In this document: positions 1 through 12,662 of the stretch, in pieces
Layout: the number at the start of each line of letters is the position of its first letter
Numbering within the stretch: position 1 is the first letter of the stretch
Source: Octopus bimaculoides
Taxonomy: Eukaryota
Direction of reading: 5' to 3'
DNA: 38,649 bases
Assembly (NCBI RefSeq): GCF_001194135.2
Contig: NC_069003.1
Coordinates: 34,716,123-34,754,771 of the forward strand
Translations under genes and position numbers: made by a program
Notes under the pieces: model-generated
Databases searched by the model: none
Told to the model about the DNA's origin: nothing
What the model saw: the letters and a program-made list of their open reading frames with translations, nothing else

Positions 1-151
1 AATGTGTATGCGCTTGTGTTTCTTGTATGGGTTTCGCTCTGCACATGTATTCGTGTGTGCGTGTACCGGTGTGTGTGTGTCTGTTTGCACGCGTGTACAT
101 GTATGTGCATGTTTCTGTGTGCATATATGTATGTGTGCATGTCTGTGCGTG

Positions 152-225
<74 letters not shown>

Positions 226-525
226 TGCATTTTCAGGAAGGAGTGAATGTGGATGTGTGCGGATATCATCTCTATAAATATTATCGGACGTTTAATCGCA
301 TAATATATGTATGACTGCGGATGCATATTTATCTATCCATCTATCTATCTATCTACTTACATATATATATAAAATAACATACATATACACATACATACCT
401 ATATATATACATATATACATATATATATCATATATTATATACACACGCATATATATATATATATATATGTACGTGTACATACATTCACACGCACATGCAT
501 GTATGTATGTGTGTATGCATGAATG

Positions 526-566
<41 letters not shown>

Positions 567-729
567 TTGTATTTATAAGTGAATTTTTAAGTGCGCAGCT
601 ACAGGTGTGTGTTTAGTGTGTTTGCATGTATCCATATACATGTATATATATGTATATGTGTGTGTGTGTGTGTGTGTGTGCGCGTGTATATACACACGTA
701 CATGTATATATGCATATATACATACATAC

Positions 730-765
<36 letters not shown>
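1..765. repeat. Compound (GT)n/(TA)n/(CATA)n microsatellite field
   Basis: Directly visible dinucleotide and tetranucleotide runs ending at an N gap. Confidence 0.95.
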
Positions 766-1464
766 NNNNNNNNNNNNNNNNNNNNNNNNNNNNNNNNNNN
801 NNNNNNNNNNNNNNNNNNNNNNNNNNNNNNNNNNNNNNNNNNNNNNNNNNNNNNNNNNNNNNNNNNNNNNNNNNNNNNNNNNNNNNNNNNNNNNNNNNNN
901 NNNNNNNNNNNNNNNNNNNNNNNNNNNNNNNNNNNNNNNNNNNNNNNNNNNNNNNNNNNNNNNNNNNNNNNNNNNNNNNNNNNNNNNNNNNNNNNNNNNN
1001 NNNNNNNNNNNNNNNNNNNNNNNNNNNNNNNNNNNNNNNNNNNNNNNNNNNNNNNNNNNNNNNNNNNNNNNNNNNNNNNNNNNNNNNNNNNNNNNNNNNN
1101 NNNNNNNNNNNNNNNNNNNNNNNNNNNNNNNNNNNNNNNNNNNNNNNNNNNNNNNNNNNNNNNNNNNNNNNNNNNNNNNNNNNNNNNNNNNNNNNNNNNN
1201 NNNNNNNNNNNNNNNNNNNNNNNNNNNNNNNNNNNNNNNNNNNNNNNNNNNNNNNNNNNNNNNNNNNNNNNNNNNNNNNNNNNNNNNNNNNNNNNNNNNN
1301 NNNNNNNNNNNNNNNNNNNNNNNNNNNNNNNNNNNNNNNNNNNNNNNNNNNNNNNNNNNNNNNNNNNNNNNNNNNNNNNNNNNNNNNNNNNNNNNNNNNN
1401 NNNNNNNNNNNNNNNNNNNNNNNNNNNNNNNNNNNNNNNNNNNNNNNNNNNNNNNNNNNNNNNN

Positions 1465-1613
1465 GTTCTGAGTTCTAATTCCGCCGAGGTCGACTTTGCT
1501 TTTCGTTCCTTCGAGGTCGATAAATTAAGCACCAGTTGCGTACCGGGGTCGGTCTAATCGACAGGGCCCCCTCCTCCCCCCAAATTTCAGGTCTTGTGTC
1601 TATTTTAGAAAGG

Positions 1614-1656
<43 letters not shown>
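1465..1656 (+). mobile_element. SINE family A, 5' end lost in gap, with (ATT)n tail
   Basis: ttctgagttc-aattccgccgaggtcgactttgc...gtcgataaattaag-accag core shared with 25906, 30353 (minus) and 35087; (ATT)n tail at 1614-1656. Confidence 0.9.
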
Positions 1657-1658
<2 letters not shown>

Positions 1659-2869
1659 ATAATTGTTTAGACTAAGATTTAATTTTATTTTCTCCTATGT
1701 AAAATAACTACAAAGCCTCACATCCTGTGTGGAAGAGGGCAGCTGATAGCCACCCCTAAAAGACAACTGGTATAGATAGAATGTAAGCACCTTCTCAGCG
1801 GATATACAAACACAAATTGTAACGTAGGGACTAAGTTCGAATTCCACCCGAGGAAGTAAGTTGGTGGTGAAAGAATGTGGTTCGTTGAACGTCCTCTTTT
1901 CCATCTGTGGTGGTCACTAGAGGAAGAACTAGAGATAGCGGATATGGTGGAGACGTACATATTGTAAGGGGATGTAAAGTAATTAAAGCAAGGTGTTCCA
2001 ATACGGTAATTTATCATCGTTTCTGCTACCTCTTTTCAACCTGATGGTCATAATTCTGTTGATGTATGTTAAAGGATTTTAAATTATGTTTGCATGTAGG
2101 TGCTCTAAAGACACACACGTTGAGATAATATTATATTATAGCCCGTTGTTGTTGTGTAGGCGTGATCGTGTTTGTGTGTGTGAGTAAATATATAGTATAT
2201 ATATATATATATATATACATATATATACATATATAAACATATGTGTGTGCGTGCGTGTAGCATAATGTGTTTCCTCTGTGTGAATGTGTGTATGTCGGTA
2301 TGTTTGTGCGTGCGGTGCTCTCGCATGTCATGTGAACTTCCTTCCTCCTCGCGTCATTGTCATCATCCAATTTGCAGAAGCACGGAAGAACAGACTGGAA
2401 TCGCATCACTGAACGTGTTCGCACCACAAACGGAGTTTTAAACAACGGATTATTATTATTATTGTTGATATCGTTTATCGTTATTATTAAATAAAGGCAG
2501 AACTATTGTTGACATCAACTGTAACAGGGACCCTCTCAGTAAAGGAAGAGGAGGAAAAAAAAACGAGGAAGATAAAGATTTAGAGCTGAACAGAACAGGA
2601 AACAGGAGACAAGATAGAAAGATAAGGGCCTTAAATTGACAGGAACCAACTCCCCAAACAAAATCAAAATAGAATATTCGGAATGTGAAAAGAATATTGA
2701 TGTTTTTTTCTTCGCAAACGATGCTTTCTTTTGATGGCAGAAATAAATCTAAGATTAAGAAGTAAACGTGTAGAAAGAAATTGGCAAGAAGAAAAATAAT
2801 AATCAGCAATAATAATAATAATAATAATAATAATGATAATAGTAATAACAAAAGTGTAAATGAATTATT

Positions 2870-3900
2870 TACAAATGGAAATTTAGCCAAAAGAACTCGA
2901 AGTGTGATGTTGTTTTAATATGAGAAGGAAAGACGAAAGAAACTGAATCCAGGAAAAGAATAGGGATAACGGAATAAAAGGATAAAGGAATATAATTATT
3001 AAGGAATGGAAGAAGAGAGTAAAAAAGGTGAAATACGTGAGAAGAAAAGAAAGATAAAAAGACGTTGATTAAGAAGAAAGGGAAGAAAAACTTGAAGGAA
3101 GAAAGGAAAGCAGAAAAGAAGAAGAGAAAACATAAAATACATATATATATAGAGAGAGAGAAAGAGATAGAAAGAGAGTAAAAGAGGTTGTTGGAATCGT
3201 AAAGATGGAAACAGACAACGAAATGTTGAAATAAATAAACGATCAACGGAGAGATAGATAAGAAGACACACTGAATACAAGAATCACGGAGAAACGTGTT
3301 AAAAAGAAAGAAAGAACAAAGAAAAATAAAAAGGAAAGAGACCAAAGGAAAAAGAAGAAAGACGAGTGTGTTTAGATAATGTGAAAGGTAGGGAAAAAAT
3401 GAAAGAATGAAGGAGGCTTCGAAGGGATAGAATAAATAGGAAAAAATATAGAGATAATATGGGTAACGATTGATGGTGAGACTGATAGGTGGAGTAAATG
3501 ATTCTTTGATGGAGAGATAGATCAATAGATTCAAAGAAATAACGAAGGAAAGGTTAAGGGAAGAAAATAAATAGATCGAAGCCAAAGCAAAGAAGAAAGA
3601 AACAGGGGAAAAATGAATAAAAGCAAAACAAAGGAAGGATATAAACAAGAAAGTACGAACGAATGAAAAAAAAAATTGATTGATGAGCAGACGACACAAT
3701 TGAGGACAGAAAGAAAGGAAAGGTGGAAAAAAGAAGAAAGAAATAAAGAAAGAAAGAAGAAAGAGATCGTTTGGCAGAAAGAAAGAGAAGAGAAAGAAAC
3801 GTGTATTAGAGAGGGGAAGCGGAAAAATTAAAGGAGAAGGGAAAAGCGACTTTGGATTATAAGAGAGAAATATTGAAAAGCAGACGACATAATTGAAGGG
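2870..3900. repeat. About 1 kb purine-rich (A/G) low-complexity tract
   Basis: The plus strand is dominated by GAA/AAAG motifs with few C. Confidence 0.85.
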
Positions 3901-4021
3901 AGACGGAAGATATTAACGAAGAAAAGGTGGTAGGGATCCCGAATCAGACAGAAGCAGGTGTAAACAAGACAAAGGAACAAAAATTCCACATCCAAGGGTG
4001 CCGAGTGTGATTCATTTGTCA

Positions 4022-4151
4022 ATGGATTTCAACAGTAACCTCATCAATAACGATAAAAGCAATGGCGAGGCGGCGGCGGTGGCAGCAACAGCAGCAGCAG
4101 AGGCGGCGCAGGTAGCGGCGGCTCGGAACAACAGGTCGGCAGATCTGGACG
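4022..4151 (+). CDS. Probable first coding exon of the same ANKDD1-like gene (Ala-rich N-terminus)
   Basis: ATG at 4022 has an in-frame TAA upstream at 3914-3916. The GC-rich island encodes MDFNSNLINNDKSNGEAAAVAATAAAEAAQVAAARNNRSADLD and ends at a perfect donor G|gtaagt (4152-4157) in phase 1, matching the phase-1 acceptor at 34012 (join ...ADLD-V-LKGEKK...). The link between the two exons is inferred. Confidence 0.6.
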
Positions 4152-4538
4152 GTAAGTGGAGTCCCTTTGTGTGTGTGGGGGGGGGAGGCAAGCGTGAGAG
4201 TGTGTGTGTGTGTGAGAGTGAGCGTGGGTGTGCAAACGCACGCGTGTACGCGTGAGTGAACGCGTGTGTGTGTACGCCTGAGTGCGTGTATGCCTGTGTG
4301 TGCGTACGCGTGAGTGTGCGTACGAGTGAGTGTGGAGCGTGTGTGTGGCTGTGTACGTGCGTATGCTGCGTTTCATGAGTGAGTGTGTGTATATATGAGT
4401 GTGCATCATGTGTGTATGAGTGTGTGTATGTGGGTGGGTGTGCACACATGCTTGTGAGTGTGTGTACATGAGTGCGTGAGCACCTGTAATTGAGGGTACG
4501 GCCGTGTGCAGTATTCAGTGTGTATATATGTATGATTT

Positions 4539-4576
<38 letters not shown>

Positions 4577-4792
4577 TGTGTGTGTGTGTGTGTGTGTATC
4601 TACGGGCAGAATGCTTTTAATGTATATATGTGCATATTATCAGGTTTTGCGTATCTGCGTGTGGTTTGGGCGAAATGGCTTCTGTGTGTGCGTGTGTATT
4701 TTTGTTGCTTTTGTTTCAGAATGTTTTAAAACCTGACTCTTTGTAGTTGCGTTTCAGAGCGCGTGGGCTCGAACGCGCGCGCGCGTGTATGT

Positions 4793-4831
<39 letters not shown>

Positions 4832-5259
4832 TGTGTGAGTACGTGCATGCGAATGCTTAGAAATTCGCCCGGATTCGCATGCGTGTGCGTTATGTCGTTT
4901 TGTTTTACGTTGAACAGAAATGATTGAAATAAAGTAAACAAACGGACAGGCAGACAGGCAGGAAGGCAAATTGAGAAACGCGTTAAATAGACACACAGAG
5001 AAAGAGACAGAGAGACAAAGGGAAGAGACAGTGCGAGAGATAGATAGACAGACAGACAGATATATATATATATATCTTCGAAACGCCGGTGTTATAGCGG
5101 AGGTAGCTGATGAAGTAGAATGTTCTCTATGTGGCTTGTGTGTTTTCCCGTCTACGTTTTGTTTGCAATGTCCTGTACTCAGATATGCACCTATACATAC
5201 AGGTGGATGTCGGTACGCACATACCTGTACGTATATATGCATATACTCATTTACTATTT

Positions 5260-5298
<39 letters not shown>

Positions 5299-5461
5299 NN
5301 NNNNNNNNNNNNNNNNNNNNNNNNNNNNNNNNNNNNNNNNNNNNNNNNNNNNNNNNNNNNNNNNNNNNNNNNNNNNNNNNNNNNNNNNNNNNNNNNNNNN
5401 NNNNNNNNNNNNNNNNNNNNNNNNNTTATAAAGACGGTACATGTGTTAGAAAGAATAACAG

Positions 5462-5512
<51 letters not shown>

Positions 5513-5516
5513 CCTC

Positions 5517-5561
<45 letters not shown>

Positions 5562-6094
5562 TTATCTAATCTGTCTGTCTGTCTATCTATCGCCCCTCTC
5601 TCTGCGTTTGTCAAAGTTTTAACACTCAAGTGCATTTTCATCCCCCTAAACACAACTCTCTTAAACACACATCGACACACACACACACACACACACATTC
5701 ACAAATATATACATTAATACATACATATACAGACATACGCACATATACATATATCATACACATACCACCACAAAAAAAAACTGTATCTATATATATATAT
5801 ATATGTATATTAATGTACATATGTGTGTGTGTATGTATGTGTATGGGTGCACGCGTTTGCGTGTATGTGTGTGTGTGTTTGAGCGTATGCACTTATTCAA
5901 ATTATATGTTGAGATTGAGAGAAAATATATTCATAAACACACACGCGTGTCCGCATGCACACACACTCACATATATTGATGCAAGTACGACATACCTATG
6001 CACACGCATGCAGACCTCTTTGTACGTATGTATATCCATTTGTGTGCATAAGCACGCGCCACGTGATTGTGTGTGTATACATACATACATACAT

Positions 6095-6130
<36 letters not shown>

Positions 6131-6138
6131 TATAAAGT

Positions 6139-6411
6139 GAAGGTACGTGGTTTAGTGGTTAGGGCATTCCGCTGACGATCGTAAAGTTGTGAGCTCAATT
6201 CTCGGCGACACGTTGTGTCCTTGAGCAAAACACTTTATTTCATGTTGCTCCAGTCCACTCAGCTGACAAAAATGAGTAGTACCTGTATTTGAAATGGCCA
6301 GCCTTGTCACACTCTGTGTCACGCTGAGTCTCCCTGAGAACTACGTTAAGAGTACACGTGTCTTTGGAGTGCTCAGCACATAAATTTCACGAGTAAGCTT
6401 TTCCGTTGATC
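6139..6411 (+). mobile_element. SINE family C (tRNA-like head plus conserved body)
   Basis: A-box-like tggtttagtggttagg and B-box-like gagctcaattc. The body gtacctgtatt...ggccagccttgtcacactctgtgtcacgctga is shared with 33372-33626 (+) and 12663-13027 (-). Confidence 0.9.
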
Positions 6412-7289
6412 TATCTGCATGATATTAAGGTCAGTCACACCTTCCTAGACAACATTTATTTTCAACAACGCACGGTAAAACAGAAAAAAGCAAACACCTA
6501 AACAGACTTTACACCGAGCACCCATTTGCAACTACTGGTATCAGTCCAAATGTCCACTGAAGGGCTTTTGCTTGTCAAAGCCATCAATTTGTAGGGAGGA
6601 TGTCCACCCCACCCCCAACAGTGTACTGAAGGATTCGTAGTCGATGTAAAGTCTGGGAGCTAAACGGGATAGGGAGGTGATGTGCGTTCCCGAAGCGTCC
6701 AAATATAACGGGAAACGAAGCTGGAAAACTTCTGCTTCTCATCTCGTTTCATCTGGTGGCTTCGAGACAAGAGAAATGACTTGCTCGATATAACCTGTAA
6801 TACTCCGGACACACATATGTAGCGCACAAAATCTGAATTTGTCTTAGTAAAAAATTCTACACAGCAAAAATGAACTTTACACTGCTGCCGCCAACGGAGC
6901 TCTATCTTGTATGTATATATACAAACATATATGTTTTGTGTATGCATATTGGAACATGAACATACATACATATATTCATATATACATATGCATATGTAAA
7001 AATATATATGTACATATGCGTATGTGTATATGTGTTTGCATATGTGCGTGCTGCATACACACGTTTATATATGTGTGTATGTGTATATGCAAATACACGA
7101 GAGAGTGGACAAACAAAAGGAAGTGGCACACAACACATTCGGTTGGAGTTACGTGTATTAAATAACAGTTTGATTCAGCTTCATATGCCTTCAAATTTCA
7201 TGAGCATAGGACATGTCTACCTCATACATATATGAAAGAAACGTGGAGCGAATTTAAAAGACGGAGTTTTAAAGATGGCTTCTAGGTAT

Positions 7290-7590
7290 TTAGGACTCCA
7301 CTGGTCAGTTCAGTTCACGTGGTCAGTTTGCTTTCAAAAAATCAATAATTTTATTATTATGTCCACGTGAAGCAAACAAGATGCTGGAGTCACTGACGGT
7401 ATCCTGCAGGATGGTATATTCAGCGGCAACAACTTTTAATACTGGATACTGCATGTCGTAGCGTAAACAAGATGTTGGTGTCATTTAGTCTTCATTCTGG
7501 GGATAATGCATTTAGCAACAACTGTTGTCACGTGGGAAACAATTAATTTGATGATGTCAGGTTATAAATGATTTTGCATGACTACCACAA
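7290..7590 (-). pseudogene. Possible decayed ankyrin-repeat fragment (antisense)
   Basis: One minus-strand frame with several stops reads PDIIKLIVSH...KLLPLN...VTPASCLLHVDIIIKLLIF*KQTDHVN*TDQW. An internal nucleotide repeat is visible (aaacaagatgctggagtca at 7374 vs aaacaagatgttggtgtca at 7465). Confidence 0.25.
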
Positions 7591-8401
7591 CTAAGCTGTA
7601 ATCTCTATGAGCATCAGCAATTTTTAGACCCTGGTAATATATATGGACCAGTTAGTTACAGGGTGTTATATTCGGGTTATCGTGGGCTTACTTGCGACTG
7701 GGTGAGTATGTGCAGCTTCTCAGAAAAGCAGAGGCGGCAATTACAAGCTCAAGCAGAGTAAGGAGAATCCTTATGAAGGAGGATCCATGGCGAAGTCGTT
7801 TTGATCGTAATGAAGTCTCCAAATGAAAACGTACAGAGAAACAACGTTCTCTCAGTAACACAAACACACACATACATACACACACATGCACACAAACAGA
7901 AATACATACATAAACATACTCACCAACTTTATATGAGCAACACAAACAATATGAATACACATTCTTTATTGAAAATACCGACTGTTACATCCATTATAAA
8001 AGCTTAATTAAGAAATGTTCTCGCCCAGCACACACTATAACACCGTCTTTTCGCAAGATCCACTTTCAAATTCTATTCTTCTAGATTCTAGCTCGAAAAT
8101 TCAAGTCAATATATTTATATCGAAGGATACAATCCTAGTCAGAAATTCAATAAAAATCTGTAGAAATTCTGAGAATATTAATCATTAGCGTTTTTCTCTT
8201 TTTCCTTTTTCCAATCGTGGCCACTTGTCCACCTGTCTAACCATTGCCCCGTTGAAGTTGTGTTAAGGGTTACCTGGACAGGTATTAAAGATGGGTGTAT
8301 GATAGAGCGTCCAAAATCTCAAAGTTAAACACCTACAAACTGGGACTGAGACACTATATTCTGTAACCTGGGAAATTCTGTAGCCTGAACGTAGAATAAA
8401 T

Positions 8402-8491
<90 letters not shown>

Positions 8492-8772
8492 GCATATGTA
8501 TCTATCTATCTGTCTATTTATACACGCAGAGAAAGGATAGATAAAGATGTGTATATGCATATATATATATATATATATATATGAAGTAGAGAAATTTGAA
8601 AAGACAACACGAAACCGGTTATTTCTCAAAATACAATGTTTATATACCAAAAAGATTTTATAACATTTTTCTTACATTTTTCTTACATTTTTCTGACNNN
8701 NNNNNNNNNNNNNNNNNNNNNNNNNNNNNNNNNNNNNNNNNNNNNNNNNNNNNNNNNNNNNNNNNNNNNNNN

Positions 8773-8808
<36 letters not shown>

Positions 8809-9782
8809 TGTATACACAGACACACGCATGCATGCGTATCTATATACGTTATATATAAGCATATGTGCGTGTATTTGTGTGTGTGTTGTAATAAGATCCA
8901 CAAGTCTTGTGAAAAACAGCTACCTAGGGCTTCCTAGATGAAATATTAATTTAATTCGCCATTTTTCAAGCTGTTAACAAACCGTCTTATTTTCATCAGC
9001 TGGGAAAATAGTGAAATAAATTTAATATTTCGTCTAGAAAACCCTGGGTGGCGGTATTTCACAAAGCTTTTTGTTGTTTTTATTCTAATAATTTCTTTAC
9101 TCTCTTAGCTGATCGATTGCTGTACAACTTGTTGAAGCCTCACCACATGATATATGTATATATATACACATATAAAGTATAGACACCTCAGTATTAGCCA
9201 AGTCTATTTCTGTCTCCTTCCAGTATTCTTTCATCTATCTTCATGTTTTACTCCATTTTCTTCTTGCGTTTCAATTCTTCTTCTTTTTAATATTCTCAAT
9301 CTTTTACTTCCTGTCTTGATATTTTTTTTCAACATTTATCTCGAACTTTTCTCTGCACTTTCCAAGTGTTTTCACACCCCCCTACGCACACACTTCACTA
9401 TCATCCCCTGAGTTTGTTTTCTTTCATTTCTCTCTCTATAATTATCTCCCCACCTCATTCTCTCATTCTCTTTATCTTTCTATCTAACCTAATTCCTATT
9501 TTTCTATGCATCTTTTTCCCCACATCTCTCTCCAAAGTCAAAACCCCACGTACCTCTGCATCTCCGTCTAACTGATTCACGTATGTCTCTAATACTTTCT
9601 TTCGCTCTCTTTCATCTCTCTCGGTACAGCTACTGCTCTCCCAATCTTTAGCACTCACCTAATCTTTAGTGCTCTCCTGTAAAAGAAAGATAAAACTCAA
9701 CCAATCAATCAACCAATCAACAAACCCCCAAAAAATCTGTCTTTCGGCATCTTATATATCTTTTTCTAATATGGCAAATCCA

Positions 9783-9995
9783 ACGAGGGGTCGCTGAAAA
9801 TTTTCTAGCTTTGGGTAAAATCCAGGAGGATCAGTTGTGATTTTATTCAACATATTCCCCTCTCAGATTCACACACTTTTTTTGCAGCGGTCCTTCAGTT
9901 TTTGCTAAACCCTGTAAAAGAACTCGGAAGGCTGGTCCTCCAATCAGGCCTTTCGCGACACCCTTAATGCCAGGAACATTTAACATCCCCTTGTA
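9783..9995 (-). mobile_element. Tc1/mariner non-autonomous element (MITE), both termini present
   Basis: Degenerate inverted termini acgaggggtcgctgaaaattttctagcttt ... ttaatgccaggaacatttaacatccccttgta. The minus strand at 9843-9880 reads KCVNLRGEYVE*, a typical mariner transposase C-terminus. Confidence 0.8.
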
Positions 9996-10027
9996 TAGTA
10001 TTTTATCCCTTTTCCAAGTCTGCTAGG

Positions 10028-10161
10028 TGGTGGTGGTGGTGGTGGTGGTGGTGGTGGTAGTAGTGGTAGTAGTAGTGATGTGATTTTTGGACATGTCATG
10101 TGTTAGATGCACGTGGATTTACTAAACAGCAGCATTTTCATTTTCATCTTCAACTTCGTCG

Positions 10162-10237
<76 letters not shown>

Positions 10238-10319
10238 CAAGATCATTACCATTATAACATCGCCACCTCCACCATCACCATCATCATCATCGCTATCATC
10301 ATCTTCCTCCTCCTCCTCC
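10028..10319. repeat. Trinucleotide repeats (GGT)n,(AGT)n,(CAT)n,(CAG)n
   Basis: Directly visible. Confidence 0.95.
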
Positions 10320-10787
10320 NNNNNNNNNNNNNNNNNNNNNNNNNNNNNNNNNNNNNNNNNNNNNNNNNNNNNNNNNNNNNNNNNNNNNNNNNNNNNNNNN
10401 NNNNNNNNNNNNNNNNNNNNNNNNNNNNNNNNNNNNNNNNNNNNNNNNNNNNNNNNNNNNNNNNNNNNNNNNNNNNNNNNNNNNNNNNNNNNNNNNNNNN
10501 NNNNNNNNNNNNNNNNNNNNNNNNNNNNNNNNNNNNNNNNNNNNNNNNNNNNNNNNNNNNNNNNNNNNNNNNNNNNNNNNNNNNNNNNNNNNNNNNNNNN
10601 NNNNNNNNNNNNNNNNNNNNNNNNNNNNNNNNNNNNNNNNNNNNNNNNNNNNNNAGAGGTGTCGCAGCAATAATAGAAAACAAATCGTTTATTACACGAC
10701 AAATATAATTATTTTCTAATATATCTTGATTTTATTTTTCGTAAATTAAACGGATAATTGTGGATCCACTTTAACAATACACATACA

Positions 10788-10822
<35 letters not shown>

Positions 10823-11578
10823 TTCTCTCTCTCTCTCTTTCTCTCTCTCTCTTTTTCTCTCTCTCTTTCTCTCTCTCTCTTTCTCTTAATATATATGCAT
10901 ATATCGGTGATGTCAAAGCAATTTAGAAACTTCGAAAGGGCGTAATAATTCGTAATTAGGAACGGTGAATCACGAAGCAAATAAAGCTACAAATAATTCG
11001 TATAAATATCGGGTTAAAAACCCTTTAGATAGAATATTGCGAAGGCTGCCCGTGGGACACGAACTTGTATCTTCTACAAACACGGCATATCCATCCATCC
11101 ATCCATCCATACATACATACATACATACATACATACATACATACATACATACGTACATACATACATACATGTATGCATATTTATACAGAGACAATGATTC
11201 GAATAAATGGATAAGACCTTGGGTTTTATCTGTTCATTTGAATCATTGTCGTCTGCCTATCTGTTCACGTGACTTTACCCTTATGGCCACTCTTTACCCA
11301 CGTGACTCGGTCGTCGGTGAAGATTTCGGAGTGTAAGTTCAAATCATCTGAGCACTACAAAGTGTTTTCTATATTGAGATTCTCACGATCTCATCTGTTG
11401 ACTCTACATATTAATGTGTGTGTGTGTTGCTTGCTTGCTTGCTTCATTTTGACAGGTAACAACCGCCTCAATTAATCCACATCATTTCCGTAATCTCCAT
11501 TATGTCACAGTGTTCTGAGATGACTTAAGACAAGCAATTGAGCTGCAAAGTTTCAAGCATCAATATTTGATATACACT

Positions 11579-11640
11579 TACGAGAGGGTGCTGAAGAGTT
11601 ACTGGCTTTAAGGGTATCGCGAAAGGCCTGGTTGGAACTC
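11579..11640 (+). mobile_element. Mariner MITE terminal fragment
   Basis: tacgagagggtgctgaagagttactggctttaagggtatcgcgaaaggcctggttgga matches the reverse complement of 9940-9995. Confidence 0.8.
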
Positions 11641-11876
11641 TTCTTAGTATTGAACTGCAGCATAAGAAACTCAATCAGCAGAGATTAAGGGTAAACCTAG
11701 AGGGAAAATTCATTGCCTTCAAATCACAAAATCTGTCGTCTGAAGTCCTTTATGATGATATTCAATAATTACGGTGGCAGCATCATTCGTTGTCTCACAT
11801 TTACTCAACCAGTATAACTGACTGAAATTTCTTTTGGAAACATTTGTTGGCGTATTACGAAGGCTGTAATGAATCC

Positions 11877-11959
11877 AAGTACCAGTCATGTACTCGGGTC
11901 GATATAAATGACTTGTCCCCTTTCCCCGAATGTCAGGCTTTGTGCCTATAGTAGAACGG

Positions 11960-11994
<35 letters not shown>
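11877..11994 (+). mobile_element. SINE family A 3' fragment with (ATT)n tail
   Basis: aagtaccag...gggtcgat...caggctttgtgcctatagtagaacggattattatt. Confidence 0.75.
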
Positions 11995-11995
<1 letters not shown>

Positions 11996-12280
11996 AACTC
12001 TCTCTTCTGTATTTTTGTACTCTTAACTGGTCTCAGCCATTAGCCTCTTTCTATCGCTCTTTTTTCATCTAACATACACTCACGTGCATCCACCCACCCA
12101 TTCACACAGACGTACACACACACACATATACACATACGCACGCACACACACTCACACACACGCACGCACAAACACACACATACGCACACACATCTGTAAA
12201 CTAATTTCTAAGTCTTCTTCAGTTCAGATGTTAGAAACATTAGACTGGCGTCAGAAAACGTACAATTCTCCGTTCTTTGT

Positions 12281-12282
12281 AG

Positions 12283-12328
<46 letters not shown>

Positions 12329-12597
12329 GGTGGTCATGGTGGTAGTAGTAGTAGTGGTGGTGAAGCTGGTGGTGTTGCTGCTGATGGTGTTGGTGTGGGT
12401 GTTTGTGGTGGCGTTGCTGGTAGCGTTGGTGGTGTGGGTGGTAGTGGTGGTGGTGGTGTTGTTGTTTTTGGTTGTGTTGATGGTAGCGGTGGTGGTAGTG
12501 TTGGTGGTGGTAGTATTGGTGATAGTGGTAGTGGTGGTGTTGGTGGCAGTGTAAGTGACCAGTGTAGCCACCACCACCACCATCATTACCACCACCA
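12281..12597. repeat. Cryptic (GTT/GGT/GTA)n trinucleotide low-complexity tract
   Basis: Directly visible; similar tracts occur at 14060-14230, 19678-20050, 34130-34460 and 35850-36246. Confidence 0.9.
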
Positions 12598-12600
12598 AGT

Positions 12601-12662
12601 AATTCCAATTTCCCAGCTGTCTGGTACGAAGTTTGCCTCCCAACCACAAGCTTCCGGTTACG
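12601..12662 (+). repeat. 62-nt diverged SINE-B-type head, inverted copy of 17851-17912
   Basis: aattccaatttcccagctgtctggtacgaagtttgcctcccaaccacaagcttccggttacg matches the reverse complement of 17851-17912 at 60/62 positions. Confidence 0.85.

Noticed and set aside
2340-2450. Exon-like segment after tttgcag (KHGRTDWNRITERV...)
   Set aside because: No donor, it runs into ATT repeats, and I recognise no homology.
7628-7701. Candidate plus-strand exon ending at a strong TGG|gtgagt donor
   Set aside because: Both possible acceptors (7627 and 7661) give end phases (0 or 2) incompatible with the phase-1 acceptor of the ankyrin exon, and the pyrimidine tracts are weak.
7692-7820. Minus-strand exon-like segment encoding a hydrophobic peptide (FIRILLTLLELVIAASAFL) with a gtaagc donor
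   Set aside because: It is isolated, has a weak GAG acceptor, has no partner exons and matches no family I recognise.
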